This document shows positions 10,120-22,990 of a DNA stretch of 64,000 nt, one piece after another (position 1 is the stretch's first letter; each line of letters opens with the position of its first letter). Source of the DNA: Chlorokybus atmophyticus. Lineage: Eukaryota; Plantae; Mesostigma and Chlorokybus algae. The notes under the pieces are model-generated. The model had not been told where the DNA came from. It did not search any database and saw only the letters and a program-made list of their open reading frames with translations. The position numbers and the translations under genes are program-made. The stretch spans positions 1 to 64,000 of the forward strand of contig RHPI01002204.1 of assembly GCA_009103225.1 (NCBI GenBank), read 5' to 3'.

Positions 10120-12492
10120 GGAGGAGTTCTGAGGCAGGCACCACGGGTTGACAAGCTGCGCATGAGTCCGACAGCTATACTCAATGTTATAGGATAGTTT
10201 CATGCGCAAGTCGGCTGCTCAGTTGTAAGTGGACATACTCTCACCACTGCCCGTACATTGTATATATTGTGGGCTTTTAGGTGCAAGACCAAACAATCAG
10301 TCCAAGGTTTGTACAGAGAGCTGCATGGCATGTTAGTGTTGGCTTACGGCAAGAATTGCCAACTTTTGTCCAATGGCAAGGGTCACATATCAACAGCAGT
10401 GTAACGGCAAAGAAACTGCCGGCTATTGATGTCAGCTGTCCGTAACTACCGGTCAACGGCCGTCTGTGCACATCGACCAAAGGGTACCTGGTTGACAACT
10501 CTCGGCCGGTTAGTGCCACTAACAACCACTTTCGGCCCGCGGCCGTCTGCGTCAGTCCACTTAAGCCAACGGAAAACCCAACAGTTCAAAAGTAATATTT
10601 CAGGCAGCAACAGGCAGGCTCAGGCAGGCTCAGGCACCAGTCAGTCCCTCAGTCCTTAGTCAGTCACCGTGTAAAATTTGCGAAGGACTTGGAGAGTTTT
10701 CTCATGATCAATTGCTTGATGTAAGTAAAACTAATCATGCCTTATCGCCCGTAATGCTATGCAAATTGCCATGTTTCAATCATCATCAGTCTCAACCTGC
10801 ACCGTATGACACCACATATCAGCAATGTTCACATGGACACCTTTGATCGCCCCTCTGATTGAGACTGCCTTCCACCAACCTCATCTTCCAACTGATAGTT
10901 GTTGCGGCTGTAGAGCAGGATTGAGGGACGATTGTTTGGACTTTAATAGAGTTGACGGATGCCAACGAACGTGGATGAAAGCGTGGCAAGGTCTTAAAAG
11001 TGCAAAAGATCTTTTGCACTTTTTTGAAGTGCAAGCTGGCTGCTGGCAGGAGAATACCTGCAGGGTGGCGTTTTGTGGCATGTGCAACACCATGCGCATA
11101 AACTTACTACCCCCGCCTACCCGCAATTTAACCTTAAGCCCCATGGTAAGATTGCGAGACGAGTGTCTTGCTCTTGCTTGCTATTGCTGCCTCTCAACAG
11201 TGAGCAAGAGTATGTGCAAGCTATCAAACACAAACAACACGAGGACGAGTGGATTGTAGCCCTTCCTTTTTCAGCTGAAAATTAAGACCTCATGTGAGTG
11301 TTGCAATAACGTGACATCGTTTGCAGATAGATATTGCAATCACTTTATGTGAGTTTTGCAACATGGCATTACAATCAACATGCATGTCAATACCGTAATG
11401 TCCATGCATGTTCGCGCAAATTGTGTGTAATCATTGTAGAAATAGATTGACTTGCTGAGTGTGCTTGCTGCAGACAGTCAGCAAGCATCAGTTGAAACAG
11501 GGGCCAAGGCAGAGCTATACCTATAGCTATACAAGTACCACACATGACCCATGACTTATGACTCTCAGGCTAGACCTCAAGCAGCTGCCAGCACACAGCA
11601 CGTAGCTTGTTCAACATGCAGAGGCAGACGGACTCCTCTAAACAAGTATAATGAAGCGAGGGCCGGTATTATAAGAGCCCCTGTAGGCTCTGATTGGCGC
11701 AATGAGCGCGAGAACGTCACACGAGGTGTAGCAGGTGGTGATGAGCAAGTTGGAAAGTAAGTGTTGGGTGATCAGCTTGCCTGGTAGTGGATACAAAGGG
11801 TGTGGTGAGACAAAATTTGAGGCGCTAAAAGAGGACAAGTTAGAGTTGGCGAATATCAAGTAGAGGAGGGAAGGCATGTATAAAAGGTCTGCTCAGACAA
11901 ACCACAATCATTTACAACATGCGTGCGTGTGGGCATGTGCACGCGCACACAACGCGGGGTTGAACACGTTTGGACCAAGTCGTAGCGCATGCCCTAACTA
12001 GCCAGGCTTTAGAGAGTACATGGGAATGGAAACAAAACGCTACGCTTGAGTATAACTTTCAAGGAATTAATCTCCCGCTAGGGTGATCCACCTTACATAA
12101 TGACCATTCTAAAGCGTTTATAAACCAGCTTGACGCAACACATAAATACATGCTTATTTACAAGTCGCTATAGCCAACACAACATTATTGCTCCATGCTG
12201 AGTACCTTCCAGGCTACCCCTACACGTCACAAGCTTCTTGACCAACGCACAACTTCAACTGCGTAGTTATGGTAATATACTGCCTACTCAATATCAAGCG
12301 GTTATGGGTTTGCCAAGTGAATGCGATCATATCGAAAGCAACATGCCAATCAATCAGTCAATTGCTTCATCAAATGCAAGTCTATGGCCGGTAGCAAGAC
12401 GCTCCTCTATCTACCTTGTGCGTGAGCAGCGCAGTAATCATGTTGTCAATTGTGTCATCAATTGTTTATGACTTCCAGTTGATGCCCGCTCG

Positions 12493-15400
12493 TCATCGCT
12501 GCACATACACCTGATAACATGCCACACGTCACTGATGAAAAAATGGCATAAGCAACCATAATCTGACTTCACAGGACTTGACAACTATGCCAGCTGGCTA
12601 TACATGGCAGATGATACACACCTCAAACCTACCTCTATGGCAGTCAATGTGTCGTAAGGCTTGCCGTCGCGCGCATCGGTGACACAAAGACCCGTTATGC
12701 GCTGCACGCCAGGGACAAGCGGCACAAGCATCTGCAAAAGACAGAAGACAACAGGTGAAACAAACATTCTGATTGTACAATGCACGTGTCTCATCAGGCC
12801 AAATCTATGGTGTCATGTCATCCTGGCTCACCAGTTGAAACTGGCGCTGCTGGCTGGGCATCAGATCTTCAATTATCTGAGCAGTGGACAAATATGTCAG
12901 CACAACCGAATAGGTTCGCATGTATACATGCCGTACAAGCGACAAGTTTGTGGATATCAATCATGGGACCTGCACACTTGCCAACATGCAATACACGTTG
13001 AGTTTGCTGACTAACGAACTGAGCTGATTGAGCCACGGCATGCCTGGCAGAAGACTCCAGAGCTTCGCATCCATGACAGCATTACGTGCCTTGCATATGC
13101 GCGCGCACATGCACACATGCACACACAGTTGCACACATGCACGTACAGATACACCCACACATACACACGCGCACTCAATCTCTTCCACTCACCAGTTCCC
13201 AGCTGCCCATCAGAGCAATGTTTCTCGGTATACTTGGGTCCTCCGCTGCGAACGATACCCTCAGCGGCCCGACTCGGTGGTCGCTGTTGTTGTTGATCTG
13301 ACATGTCAACTGCAGCGCAAGGTAGCGCATCATATTTGCATCATATATGCGCCAACACACTTGTGTATGGGTGCGTGCATATGCCATGCATAGACAGGTT
13401 GGCGTGTCACACCAACCTTGAAAGGGTGCTCAAGCGTGGCACTGTCTTGAAGAGACACCAACACAAGCTGTACCTCCTTCCACATGATAGGCTGCAGGAA
13501 CAGTGACAGTGACTCAGCACAGGTGATAATGTGTGTTTGTGCAGCCACAAAGCAAGCTGTGTGTGATGCGGTGGATGATGTTGGCACTTACGGTTCCAAG
13601 TATTTGTTGGGTTTGCAAGCGCCCTGTCTCGCCAAGAGTTGATCGCCACGTTATCTCCAACTTGCCCAAAGTGTTGCTGCTATCTGAGCCCTGCATGTGC
13701 ATTCATGAGCAGAGAAAGGGAGACATGAGCACATGTGCACAAAGTACTGACGTCATCGGCATTATTACGACCGCACTCACCTCGCCTGCTTTCTTTGTCA
13801 ACTTGAACAGGAAGTTGCGCGAACCGCCATTGGGGTTGAGCATATGCGCGCGCGCTAGTGAGCTGAAGACAACACGTGATGTTAGAAGACAAGCTGCAAA
13901 ATAGACAAGTGCGTGTACACGCACATACACTTACATTGTCATCCAAACATGCCTGTAAATACACGCGCATGCGAATATGTGTGTATACACACTTGCCAAC
14001 TTGCAATCATACGTGTGTTACAATCAACAGGGGAGAGACATGACAGCATCACATACACCTTACTTCACAACACGGTATCACCTCACCTGTCCAGAAAGTC
14101 CTCAAACCCTTTCTCTGTACTCCCCCCCTCCTCCTCCCCAACCCTCTCATACACGAACCCCGCGCTCGGTTCTAGCCTTGCGTCTTCCAAGAAAAGCGGC
14201 CCTTTCGTGCAGTTCTCGATGCAGGCTTCCAGGAACGTTGCGTCGCCGGGACGGATGGAACGGACTTTGGTGCGGACGGATAAGGGGTTGGAAGCCACGA
14301 ACTTGTAGTATTGGGGGAGGAACTGGCGGGCGCCGGAGTCGGAGTCGAGGTAGGTGGCGGAACACATCAAACTGCAAGTAGGTACACGCGAAAAGTGTTT
14401 TGAATTGTGAGGTATAGGTGTGAGATAGACGATGGGTGGGAGTGCGAGTGCAAGTGCGAGTGCAAGTGTGAGTGTGGGTTGGAGTCTGAGTCTGAGTGTG
14501 AGTGTGAGTGTAGGTTGGAGTCTGAGTCTGAGTCTGAGTCTGGGTCTGGGTCTGAGTCTGAGTCTGAGTCTGGGTCTGAGTCTGAGTCTGAGTCTGAGTC
14601 TGAGTATGAGTATGCCCACATGTACGACTCGTTGCATGTTCAAGCGCGAGTGCGGGTGTGTGAATGTGAATGTGACAAATGTGTGAGTATTGGGCTGACA
14701 GTGAGGGTTTGCTGTTTGCGTACGTGTGTGCGCCAAGTTCTTTGATGTCGTGCTCTATGCTGAAGTCGTGGCGGCTGCCGGGAGGCAGGCTCGTTATCGG
14801 CGTAGCTGTGTTGTCCCAAAGCGATATCCGCTGCCGCTCCGTTTGCAGCTCTGCCTGCCAACGGTGAAAGTCACACTCACGTACACACAGACACGCACAC
14901 ACATGTCAACCAATGCACTGCAATTTTCTCGTTGAGTGGCTTGACGTTGGCAAAACCAACATGCGTGGACTTTGTCATTAAGACAGTGAACGCACCTTGA
15001 TGCCTACGCCAGTCACCTCATGGAGGCTGTAGTTGCCGACGCTAATGTACACTGAGAAGGTCTCCCCAAGATAGATCGTGCTGGGCGCATGCGCGATGAG
15101 CATGTGCATGTCTATGCGTGTGCGAGAAAATCCTGCACACTCAGCAACAACACAACATGCATAGCTATGACAATCACTCGTGGCGTGCTCACCCGAACGT
15201 GACGGGCAGCACGAGCATGCCGGTGAGTCCAAAAGCCTCGCCCGGCGTGTGCAACTCTGACCGTGCGGAAAACATCTCATGCTCGCCATTCTCTGCGCAT
15301 GATCAGACGCTGCATGTGTGCATGCGCGCATGTGCTTGTGCTTTTGCGCGAGCACGTTCACTTTTTCAAGGCTTTGCTAGCTGAGCTTGTGATGGCGTGG

Positions 15401-16326
15401 CATAAACACAACAGGAGCATAAGCACAGCTGTTGCATAAAATGATATCCAGCTGCAAGTTTCCATTGTGATTGAACCACATCAACAGTAAGTTGCGGACA
15501 CCACTGCGGGGCAGAGCCAGCTATTTACAAGTGGTAGGAAGCAGCAATGTAACAACGCAAAGCAAAGAAAGAGCATACTTTGTGGCGGTGTCGCGAGGTC
15601 TTCTGCATTCTTTATGTCGTTTGGATCCACGCGGAGAGGCAAGTCCACCTGGTAACGTTCGTAGCAAGCATAAGAAACGTCACAAACACAAGCCTCTTTG
15701 CATGTGTGCTCGGAACTCGATGCAAGGAGGTGCCAACATCACGTTGCAAGCATGACTGCAGCGGATTGTCTGCATGACAAGTCAACAAGTGTGTTAACAT
15801 AACAACCATCGGGCGTCTTGCATCAACAGCTGTTTGACACGCAAATCAACAAACACAGCGCTGTGTTTGTTGATTTGCGTGTCAAACAGCTGTTGATGCA
15901 AGACGCCCGATGGTTGTTATGTTAACACACTTGTTGACTTGTCATGCAGACAATCCGCTGCAGTCATGCTTGCAACGTGATGTTGGCACCTCCTTGCATC
16001 GAGTTCCGAGCACNTTTGAAGCGAGATCGGAGTCAAACAACAGCTGCTGCATAAGTGACCGTGACTACCAACCTCTGCATGCGCTGTGAGTCTCGGGATC
16101 CAACACAAAAGCTACTACTGTTCAGCACTAATACACTCAACAGTAATATGTATAATAAAACGTTGTGCATGAGTTGTGTAAAACCTCCAACTTGAGCGAG
16201 TAGCTACATACTAATAGTAACACAGCAGCAATCAGCCACCTGCAATGCTGGCCTGCACAGCCGCATGACCCTGAATGCAACTGCCGGTGCCGCGACAGCA
16301 TCCCCTCTGCCCACCGCCGCAGCCAT
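12493..16326 (-). CDS. TRAPPC13: Trafficking protein particle complex subunit 13, multi-exon
   Basis: Exon peptides AFRVMRLCRP, LVLPVTFG|TIYLGETFSVYISVGN, AELQTERQR...HDIKELGAHT, YYKFVASNPLSVRTKVR, LGKLEITWRSTLGETGRLQTQQI and VQRITGLCVTD match plant TRAPPC13 in order. Confidence 0.92.
14445..14612. repeat. Intronic (GAGTCT/GAGTGT)n hexamer microsatellite
   Basis: Visible tandem hexamers inside a TRAPPC13 intron. Confidence 0.95.
15706..16013. repeat. 308 bp perfect palindrome without spacer in TRAPPC13 intron 1, abutting an N
   Basis: Centre 15859/15860 (CACAGC|GCTGTG); arms are exact reverse complements; N at 16014. Confidence 0.95.
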
Positions 16327-16679
16327 GACCTCCACCCCCTCCTCCTCCTGGTGCTCCTGGTCCTCCGCCTCCGCCTACTCCTCCTCAAGCCTCTGCGCCT
16401 TGGTCCCGCAGTTTCTATACCCCTTTTACAATTTGAAGTTAACCTGCTCTTCCTGATAACAGAGCTGTCATTGATAACAACGGCAGAAGAGAGTGAGAAG
16501 CCGTGGATATCCATGGTGCAGATAGGATACGAAGCCTGAGCTGGGTTAAAATTTAACCCTTGGTCAGTCAGAGTTAAAAGCCCCTCAGCAAGCATGTCAG
16601 CAACGGCTTCAAGCACATCGCCGTCGTCGTCGCCGGTATCGTTGAGGACTAACTTTCAAACAAGTGGATGCAAGCTTTC

Positions 16680-18021
16680 ATGGTCAGCAGGATGACGAGC
16701 TTCAGGGCTGCGGCGCTGGCGCTGGCGCTGTTGCTGGCGGTGACGGCAAGCCTGGCCACTTCACTTCAGGTGAAAAGTGTGTCTGTGGAGGCAGAGAAGT
16801 TGGAATTGCTTGTGAGGTGTGTGCGTATTGGTCCTGAAGCATAGTTCTTTTGTGTCGGTGTAGGCCCAGGTGCTGGATCATGAGGGTGGCCAGGTTGTTG
16901 ACCTGACTGCGGACGACTTTGAGCGCCGCACGCAAGCCTCAACTGGACAAACCGCAGGAGTGTGGTTCATCGAATTCTACGCACCGGTGCGACGACATTG
17001 ATTGATTTACAAATGCATGCACACAATGCAATTGTTGTGTCTTTATCATCCTGTGTGTGTTGCAGTGGTGTGGGCATTGCCAGCGGCTTGCTCCAGTGTG
17101 GGAGAGTCTTGCGCGGGAGCTGGAGGGGCAGGTGGTTGTGGCGAGGGTGGATTGCGACAGCAACAAGGCCATTGGGAGAAGGTTCAAGGCAAGTGTAGCA
17201 TTGTTAGCAGTGCTATGCTTTTTTGGTAGCCTGCATGCATGCGCACGCACGTGTGCATGTTGCATATATGCTTGTACTGCGCAAGCATATACGCAACATG
17301 CATGTACAAGCATGGACAACTGTGTCAACACGTGCGTGTACATACCTGCAGGCAGACACACGTGCACCAGCTGTATAAACACATAACGCACGTGTTTTGT
17401 ACGAGCTCATGTCTTAGCTTAGCCTAACAAACTGTACATATCCTCACGCATGCTCTCCGATGTATGTGCATGTGCCCACTCACTTGTGTCTGCCGCAAGT
17501 CTACCTGCATGCAAGCATGTACATATGCGTTGCCTGTGCACACGTCCACACGCATGCACGATATGTCAACCAACAAGCTGCTTCACAGCTCGACGGCTTT
17601 CCCACTCTTGTGCTCTTCCGTGATCGCGCGATGTACCCGTACGAGGGACCGCGCAAGCTGGAGGCCCTGGTGGCGTTCGCCAAAGGGGGCTATGCTTCTG
17701 CGAGTGCCCTACCCGTGCCGAGCGAGGGGTCGGGACTGGTGGAATCCATCAGAGCGCAGTTTGATCAGGTAAGCTGTTGCGAGTCGAGCACTGATCATTG
17801 TTCTTTCCTCGTACCAGGACACAGGTGCGCACGCGCATGCATGCACACATTCTCATGCGCTAACGCACTCTCGTTGTGTTACTTACAATTATCTTGGTGT
17901 TCTGCAGCTGCCTGCCCTGGTGAAATCAGCGATTATGCTGCTTCCGGTATTCATCGCGATTCCCATTTTGTCGCGGTGGATACGCGCTGCCGATCAGCAG
18001 GATAGAGCCAAGACGGATTGA
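16680..18021 (+). CDS. Signal-peptide thioredoxin/PDI-like protein with C-terminal transmembrane segment (TMX-like)
   Basis: Hydrophobic leader AAALALALLLAV; WFIEFYAP|WCGHC...ARVDC; LDGFPTL...YEGPRKLEAL; hydrophobic tail AIMLLPVFIAIPIL. Confidence 0.88.
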
Positions 18022-18755
18022 GAGTTGTCTTCCACATTAGCCGGGATGCCGCACAATGTACAGCGGTAATAAGTGGCAACCAGCCGTTGCTTGCTGCATG
18101 AGCCTGCAACAAGACTGGCGGGATTCAGTGCAGTTCCAGATTGCGCGACTCTAGACAATGTATACTGTTTCTGCAGTGGTTTTGAAATGAGTGCAAGATG
18201 ACTGGTACATGGTACACACCCATGTGTAGTGAGACACATTAGCCAATCTTTTTGTGAGTGCAGCCGTAGGATAGTGTTTAGTTGTGTTATAGGCTGATGT
18301 AACATACAGCATGTGCAATCTCACCACAGATGTGCAGGTAGCAGTTATTATCAGCACTGCAGTAGCAATTGTGACAAGCATGGCTGTCGACAACAGCAAC
18401 AGTTGCAGCAAATGAGCACAAGCTGTCAGTGTTACACATAGCATGACTGCGTTCCGTCGATGACACCTATACCAGGCTTTCTATAAATCGCGTTGCATGT
18501 GGCACAACAAATTCATTACGGCAATACCAACAACACTATGAGGATGCACAAGCATACAAAGACTCGCAGCACACATTGTGAGCATGATGTGCTCACGACT
18601 GCGCAAACTGCATCTTTTGTATGCGATGGCCCAACTGCTGTGACACATCATGAGCAGGATGCATGCCGACCCAAAGTCCATTGCGGCATTGGAGATGCAC
18701 TTCACAGTATATAGGAAGCTCTCATCATGAAATTGACACGAGGAAGAGTATGTCT

Positions 18756-19821
18756 CTAATACACTGAGAACTTCTTGATGCTCGGCGTGTGCTTCCCCGT
18801 CCTGACCGAGAACGCTGGGCACAGTCTCTTCCTTCCCCTGGTGCGTCGCCTCTTGAGCACGAGCCGTCCGTTAGGCGTCATGAGGCGCGCGCGGTACCCC
18901 GACACGTTCGCAATGCTGCGCTTGGAGCGCGACCGCTTCATCGCACCCATTGTAGGCTTGGTGGAAGCGACAATTGGGAGAGGGGAGCGGGAGGGGGTGA
19001 AGTGGGGGACGGGAGCGCGGAGAGAACGCAACATGGAGCCTGGAAAAGAGACAAGAAAGAGTCAAAGACAAGACGAGAGATGCGTTAAGCTCAGGGCTGG
19101 GAACATGTTTCATTGCACGCGATACTAACTAAATGTGGCCAGTTTCTTGACTGTGACTTAGTGTGATAGAGAAGCCTGTTGAAAACCCATGCACTTGGCG
19201 CCGCTGCTACATGTGCAAGTGTTCAGGGGTTCTCTATCAGAATGGACAGGTAAGTGTGTCATGGTTTGAACATCAACTGCATGGGGAAGGCATGCACGCC
19301 AAACAGCTCGATGCTACTCTGCAAACGCTGCAAACGGTCCCATTCACCAATGCAAGCTATACCAGCTAACTCTATACTGCCAGATTGCCCAACTGGACAG
19401 CAATGCAATTCAGCAAATGTGGTGTTGTGTATGCAGGATCGCTACATACAACTGGCCAAAGCAGGGTATGCAAAACAGGGGCTATGTCCGTTGCCCCTCC
19501 GCAATAAAGCAACCACGTCAAATCGAAGCAAACCAGGCAGCCCACGCAGTGAACCCATCAGCAAGATTGCCAATGCTAGCAATTGCTGCAGCAGAAAATT
19601 CCAATGCAACCGGCTTAAACGGTGATCAGTATCTCACCAGCAAGCGAAGATGTGAAGCCCAAGCCAGCTGCGGGCTTGGCGCCTGACAGGAACTGTGCGC
19701 GGAGAGCGGGGGCGGCCTTAACGGGGGCGGCCGGCGCCGAGGGCGCCTTCAATCTGAGCGCGACGCCTCGTGAGCCTGCAGCAGGCGCGACAGCCATGGT
19801 CGCCATACGCAATGCCGCCAT
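18756..19821 (-). CDS. RPL34: Nucleus-encoded plastid 50S ribosomal protein L34 with transit peptide
   Basis: Exon 1 (19638-19821) encodes an Ala-rich transit peptide. Exon 2 (18756-19039) encodes MKRSRSKRS...GYRARLMTPNGRLVLKRRRTRGRKRLC, the plastid L34 pattern. Confidence 0.88.
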
Positions 19822-19866
19822 CGTGGACGACCACACCACCGCCGCCGCCGCCGCCGCCCCGCCGCA

Positions 19867-19875
19867 AAACCCTAA
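19867..19875. promoter_or_regulatory. Telo-box (AAACCCTAA) upstream of RPL34
   Basis: Exact motif ~45 bp upstream of the ATG; telo-boxes are typical of plant ribosomal-protein gene leaders. Confidence 0.5.
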
Positions 19876-21949
19876 TCCAACCCTAATCCAAAGTAGAGGC
19901 GAGCGTTCGTCCATGACACCATCCACCGACCACCGACTGTCTATACAGCTTGATAACGTGTCCAATATCCTTACAGACAGTGCCTGTCGGCGCAGGACGG
20001 TAATGTTGTGTGACTGTGATGGGAAGTTGTCAAGACTTGAAGGTAAGTTTTACGACCAGAATGTAGTGCTCACCGCAAGCACATGTTCACCTTGTACCGT
20101 GTCGTTAGCTAATAGATACAGCTATTTCGGCTTAGCACATGTCTGTTGACGAATAGGATGCAAATTGGGACTTTTTTGCTGGAGTTGTAAGTTTTTGTGC
20201 TCATGCATAAGTGCGCAATGTCCACAAAAAAGACATCATATAATATGTGTTGTGGACCGCACTTATGCATGAGTGAGTGTCCACGTGAGGAATCGTCATA
20301 TAAGTATCAAAGCTCCGCTGCGCTTGCGTTGCTTTAAGTTGCATTCATTGTCGTGCGCATTAGCCGTGTTGTGCATGCGTGCTTGTTGTGCTTGTTGCAC
20401 ATTGGATACATATTGCGTACACTTGAGGAGGTCTCTTCAAGCGATTGCTTTAAGTTAAGGCAATGATGTTGTCAAGACCACTTCACATCTCATTATCTTG
20501 GTAGCCATCATGTGTGAGCAAGTGACAATGTTGCAGCAACAACACGAGGCCGCCATCATGTAAGTATTGCAAGCGTTTAAAGCTAATCATCAGTTGATTA
20601 CTCAAGCCCCATGCAGTTGTAACATATGCAAAAAACTTGTCAATGAGTAAGCAAACGTCGCTCAATAATGTGTGGTCAGTGGGCAATGGCCGTTCACATC
20701 ACATATATAAACGTATTCATAAAGCTCGCTTTGATAAGGCTCTGATGTTGCCTGGGCCATAAAACCGTGTACATAACATGAATTATCAATGGCTTATATG
20801 ATGGACGGTTCAATGATTGATATCGCGCATAAGCAAGTTGCTTATTATATGATGATAGTAACTTGTTGTCACGCCTTCCACAACCATGCCATGGTTGCAT
20901 GATGCATGCGAGAATAACTTAGGTGTACATGTAGTCAAGGAGATGTGCGACACAGCACGCTGCTTTTGTACAATTATGACAATGTACGTTGTGCGTTATC
21001 TGCACTAAATTGAAATCCATGATGCGCACAGCTCGTATGGCCAATGTACAAGCCGAGGGAAGTAAGACATTATTAATTTCCTGCAAAGATTTCGTTTTCA
21101 GTTGATAACCTGAGAGATGCATAAAATAGGTAAATGTTGGTTCTCAGAAAGATTGGCTTATCAGCAAAGGACATTGTTCATGTAATTTTTTAAAGTCATA
21201 AGAATAAATGCCATGATCGGGAGTGCATTGCGTGATTAAAACAATGCAAGGCGTGATAAACGTAATAGCACTTACTAAAAACGCAATCTGATGTGAGGGG
21301 TAAAGTTGCATTGAGGTCATAACATTCACATCTTGCAATGTTTAAGGCATAATCCCATCAACATCATAAAATATCTAGTGATAAACAATATGCTTGTGGC
21401 AAGGGTATTTTGCAATTCAAACCAAAACCATATATGAAACAACAGTTAAACATTGTGCTTTTTCCAATCTGCAAGGCCAAAGTGCATGCAATTCGCCTTT
21501 ACTATACAACCCCGTTTGTCATGCAATAACTCGCTCCATTTACATGATTATTTTCTTACTGTTGTATAAACCCTTTCATGTTTATTATAATTTATGTGTT
21601 AAATAACGGTATTTTATAATCATCTTAAGCTACATCATGATATGCGAATGTGGCAGCTACAAAATGCATGTTGCTAAAGTATTATTTGTTGTATACAAGT
21701 AAGACCATCCGAATCTTGCTTCATTGCTTCAATAAATTCATACTTTAACATGCTTTATATTAATAATGATGAGTTGTGCGATTTCACCTTTTAGCCGCTT
21801 TGGACTGTGAGCTCAACACTACGCCCAGTGTACGCAATACAGTGCTTTAAAAATTGGATTTGATACACCACTAATTGGTACAACTTATGTATTATTTATA
21901 AAGATATCGCACGTTGACTCTCTGAATATGCATAGACGTGCCTGCTCAC

Positions 21950-22990
21950 CATAGAACAAGAGTTATTCTCTTAGGCGGCAAGAGCGACCTCGCTAACCAA
22001 CCGGTGTAATAGCCTATCACGGCGGACTGAAAGTATGCTCTTAACAAGGGTGGGTGGTACAACTGCTGGTACACCGGTGTAGAGTCTTACCCCGTTAAGA
22101 GACTTTGGTTCAAGAGAATAACCCCGTTAACATGATAGTTTCTTAAAGATCGTTCATTTTACACGCAATTGCTGGTGCTTAACAATATAATCGCTTCCGT
22201 AATAAGATCAAAAAAATCCGCTTAAAATCTGTAGTAGGGGTCAGTCTTGCAACGGGGGAACTCCTTGCTGATAGCATAAGGAACCTTGTCATAAGCAGGC
22301 TATATGAATGGTTTTTGACAGATATTTACACGATTATACATTTATGCATATGCTAGTGTACCACGTCAGCATGTGATGACGTGGCAGGATGGTAGCAGCA
22401 AAACCCTCATTTATAGCATATTTACTCTTGGACGTTACGAGAATACTGTTCTCTTAAGCACCAAAAGAATTGCCCTGTTAATGGAATGAAATGCTGTAGG
22501 ATAAACGTGATTCTTATAGCGGGGTAAGACTGTACAGTCTACCCCCGATACTAGAATCACGTTTATCCTTCAGCTTTTCATTCCACTAACGGGGTTATTC
22601 TCTTGGCGTTAATAAGAATATATATTCTTTTACCGTTTAAAGAATATATAATCTGTTAATGGGGGTATTGACTGATAACTGATATGCTGACATGGCAAAA
22701 ATAAAATCTATATTTCCTGTATATATTATATAAAATCATACATGGCTTCTATTGTTGAAGGTGATGTTTATGCCAATATCAGCGAAATAGTTATGCTGTT
22801 AACAAGGTATTCCCCCATTACAAGACTGACCCCACTTGGAATTTCAAGCCTTCTCTTTAGTCTTATTACGTACAAGACTATTCCACTAACCGAAGATATT
22901 TGCCTGTAGAACGATCGGCCTTTTGCAAAACGATGATCTAAACGGGGTTATTCCCTTAAAGCGAAGTCTTTTAACGGGGGTAGACTGTAC
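21950..22990. repeat. AT-rich foldback/MITE-like region with recurring ACCCCGTTAA-type motif and an imperfect ~110 bp hairpin
   Basis: AAGAGAATAACCCCGTTA (22112-22129) is inverted at 22587-22604. Imperfect palindrome centred on GACTGTACAGTC near 22530. Related motifs at 22089, 22941 and 22971. Confidence 0.6.

Larger units (their letters stand above)
1..10671. mobile_element. Large Plavaka-type (CMC/CACTA-related) DNA transposon with cargo genes; left end probably outside window
   Basis: Plavaka-like transposase at 5623-8754 (-) converges with OTU-RING and Tudor-methyltransferase genes (+). Candidate terminus ...CAGTCACCGTG at 10671 reads CACGG on the minus strand. The element boundaries are inferred. 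Confidence 0.65.

Noticed and set aside
10819-12471. Cys-containing ORFs right of the putative element end
   Set aside because: No recognisable domain or consistent splice model.
14083-14902. Long ORFs with poly-RL, TQ, DS or SE tracts
   Set aside because: These are translations of an intronic hexamer microsatellite read through TRAPPC13 exons.
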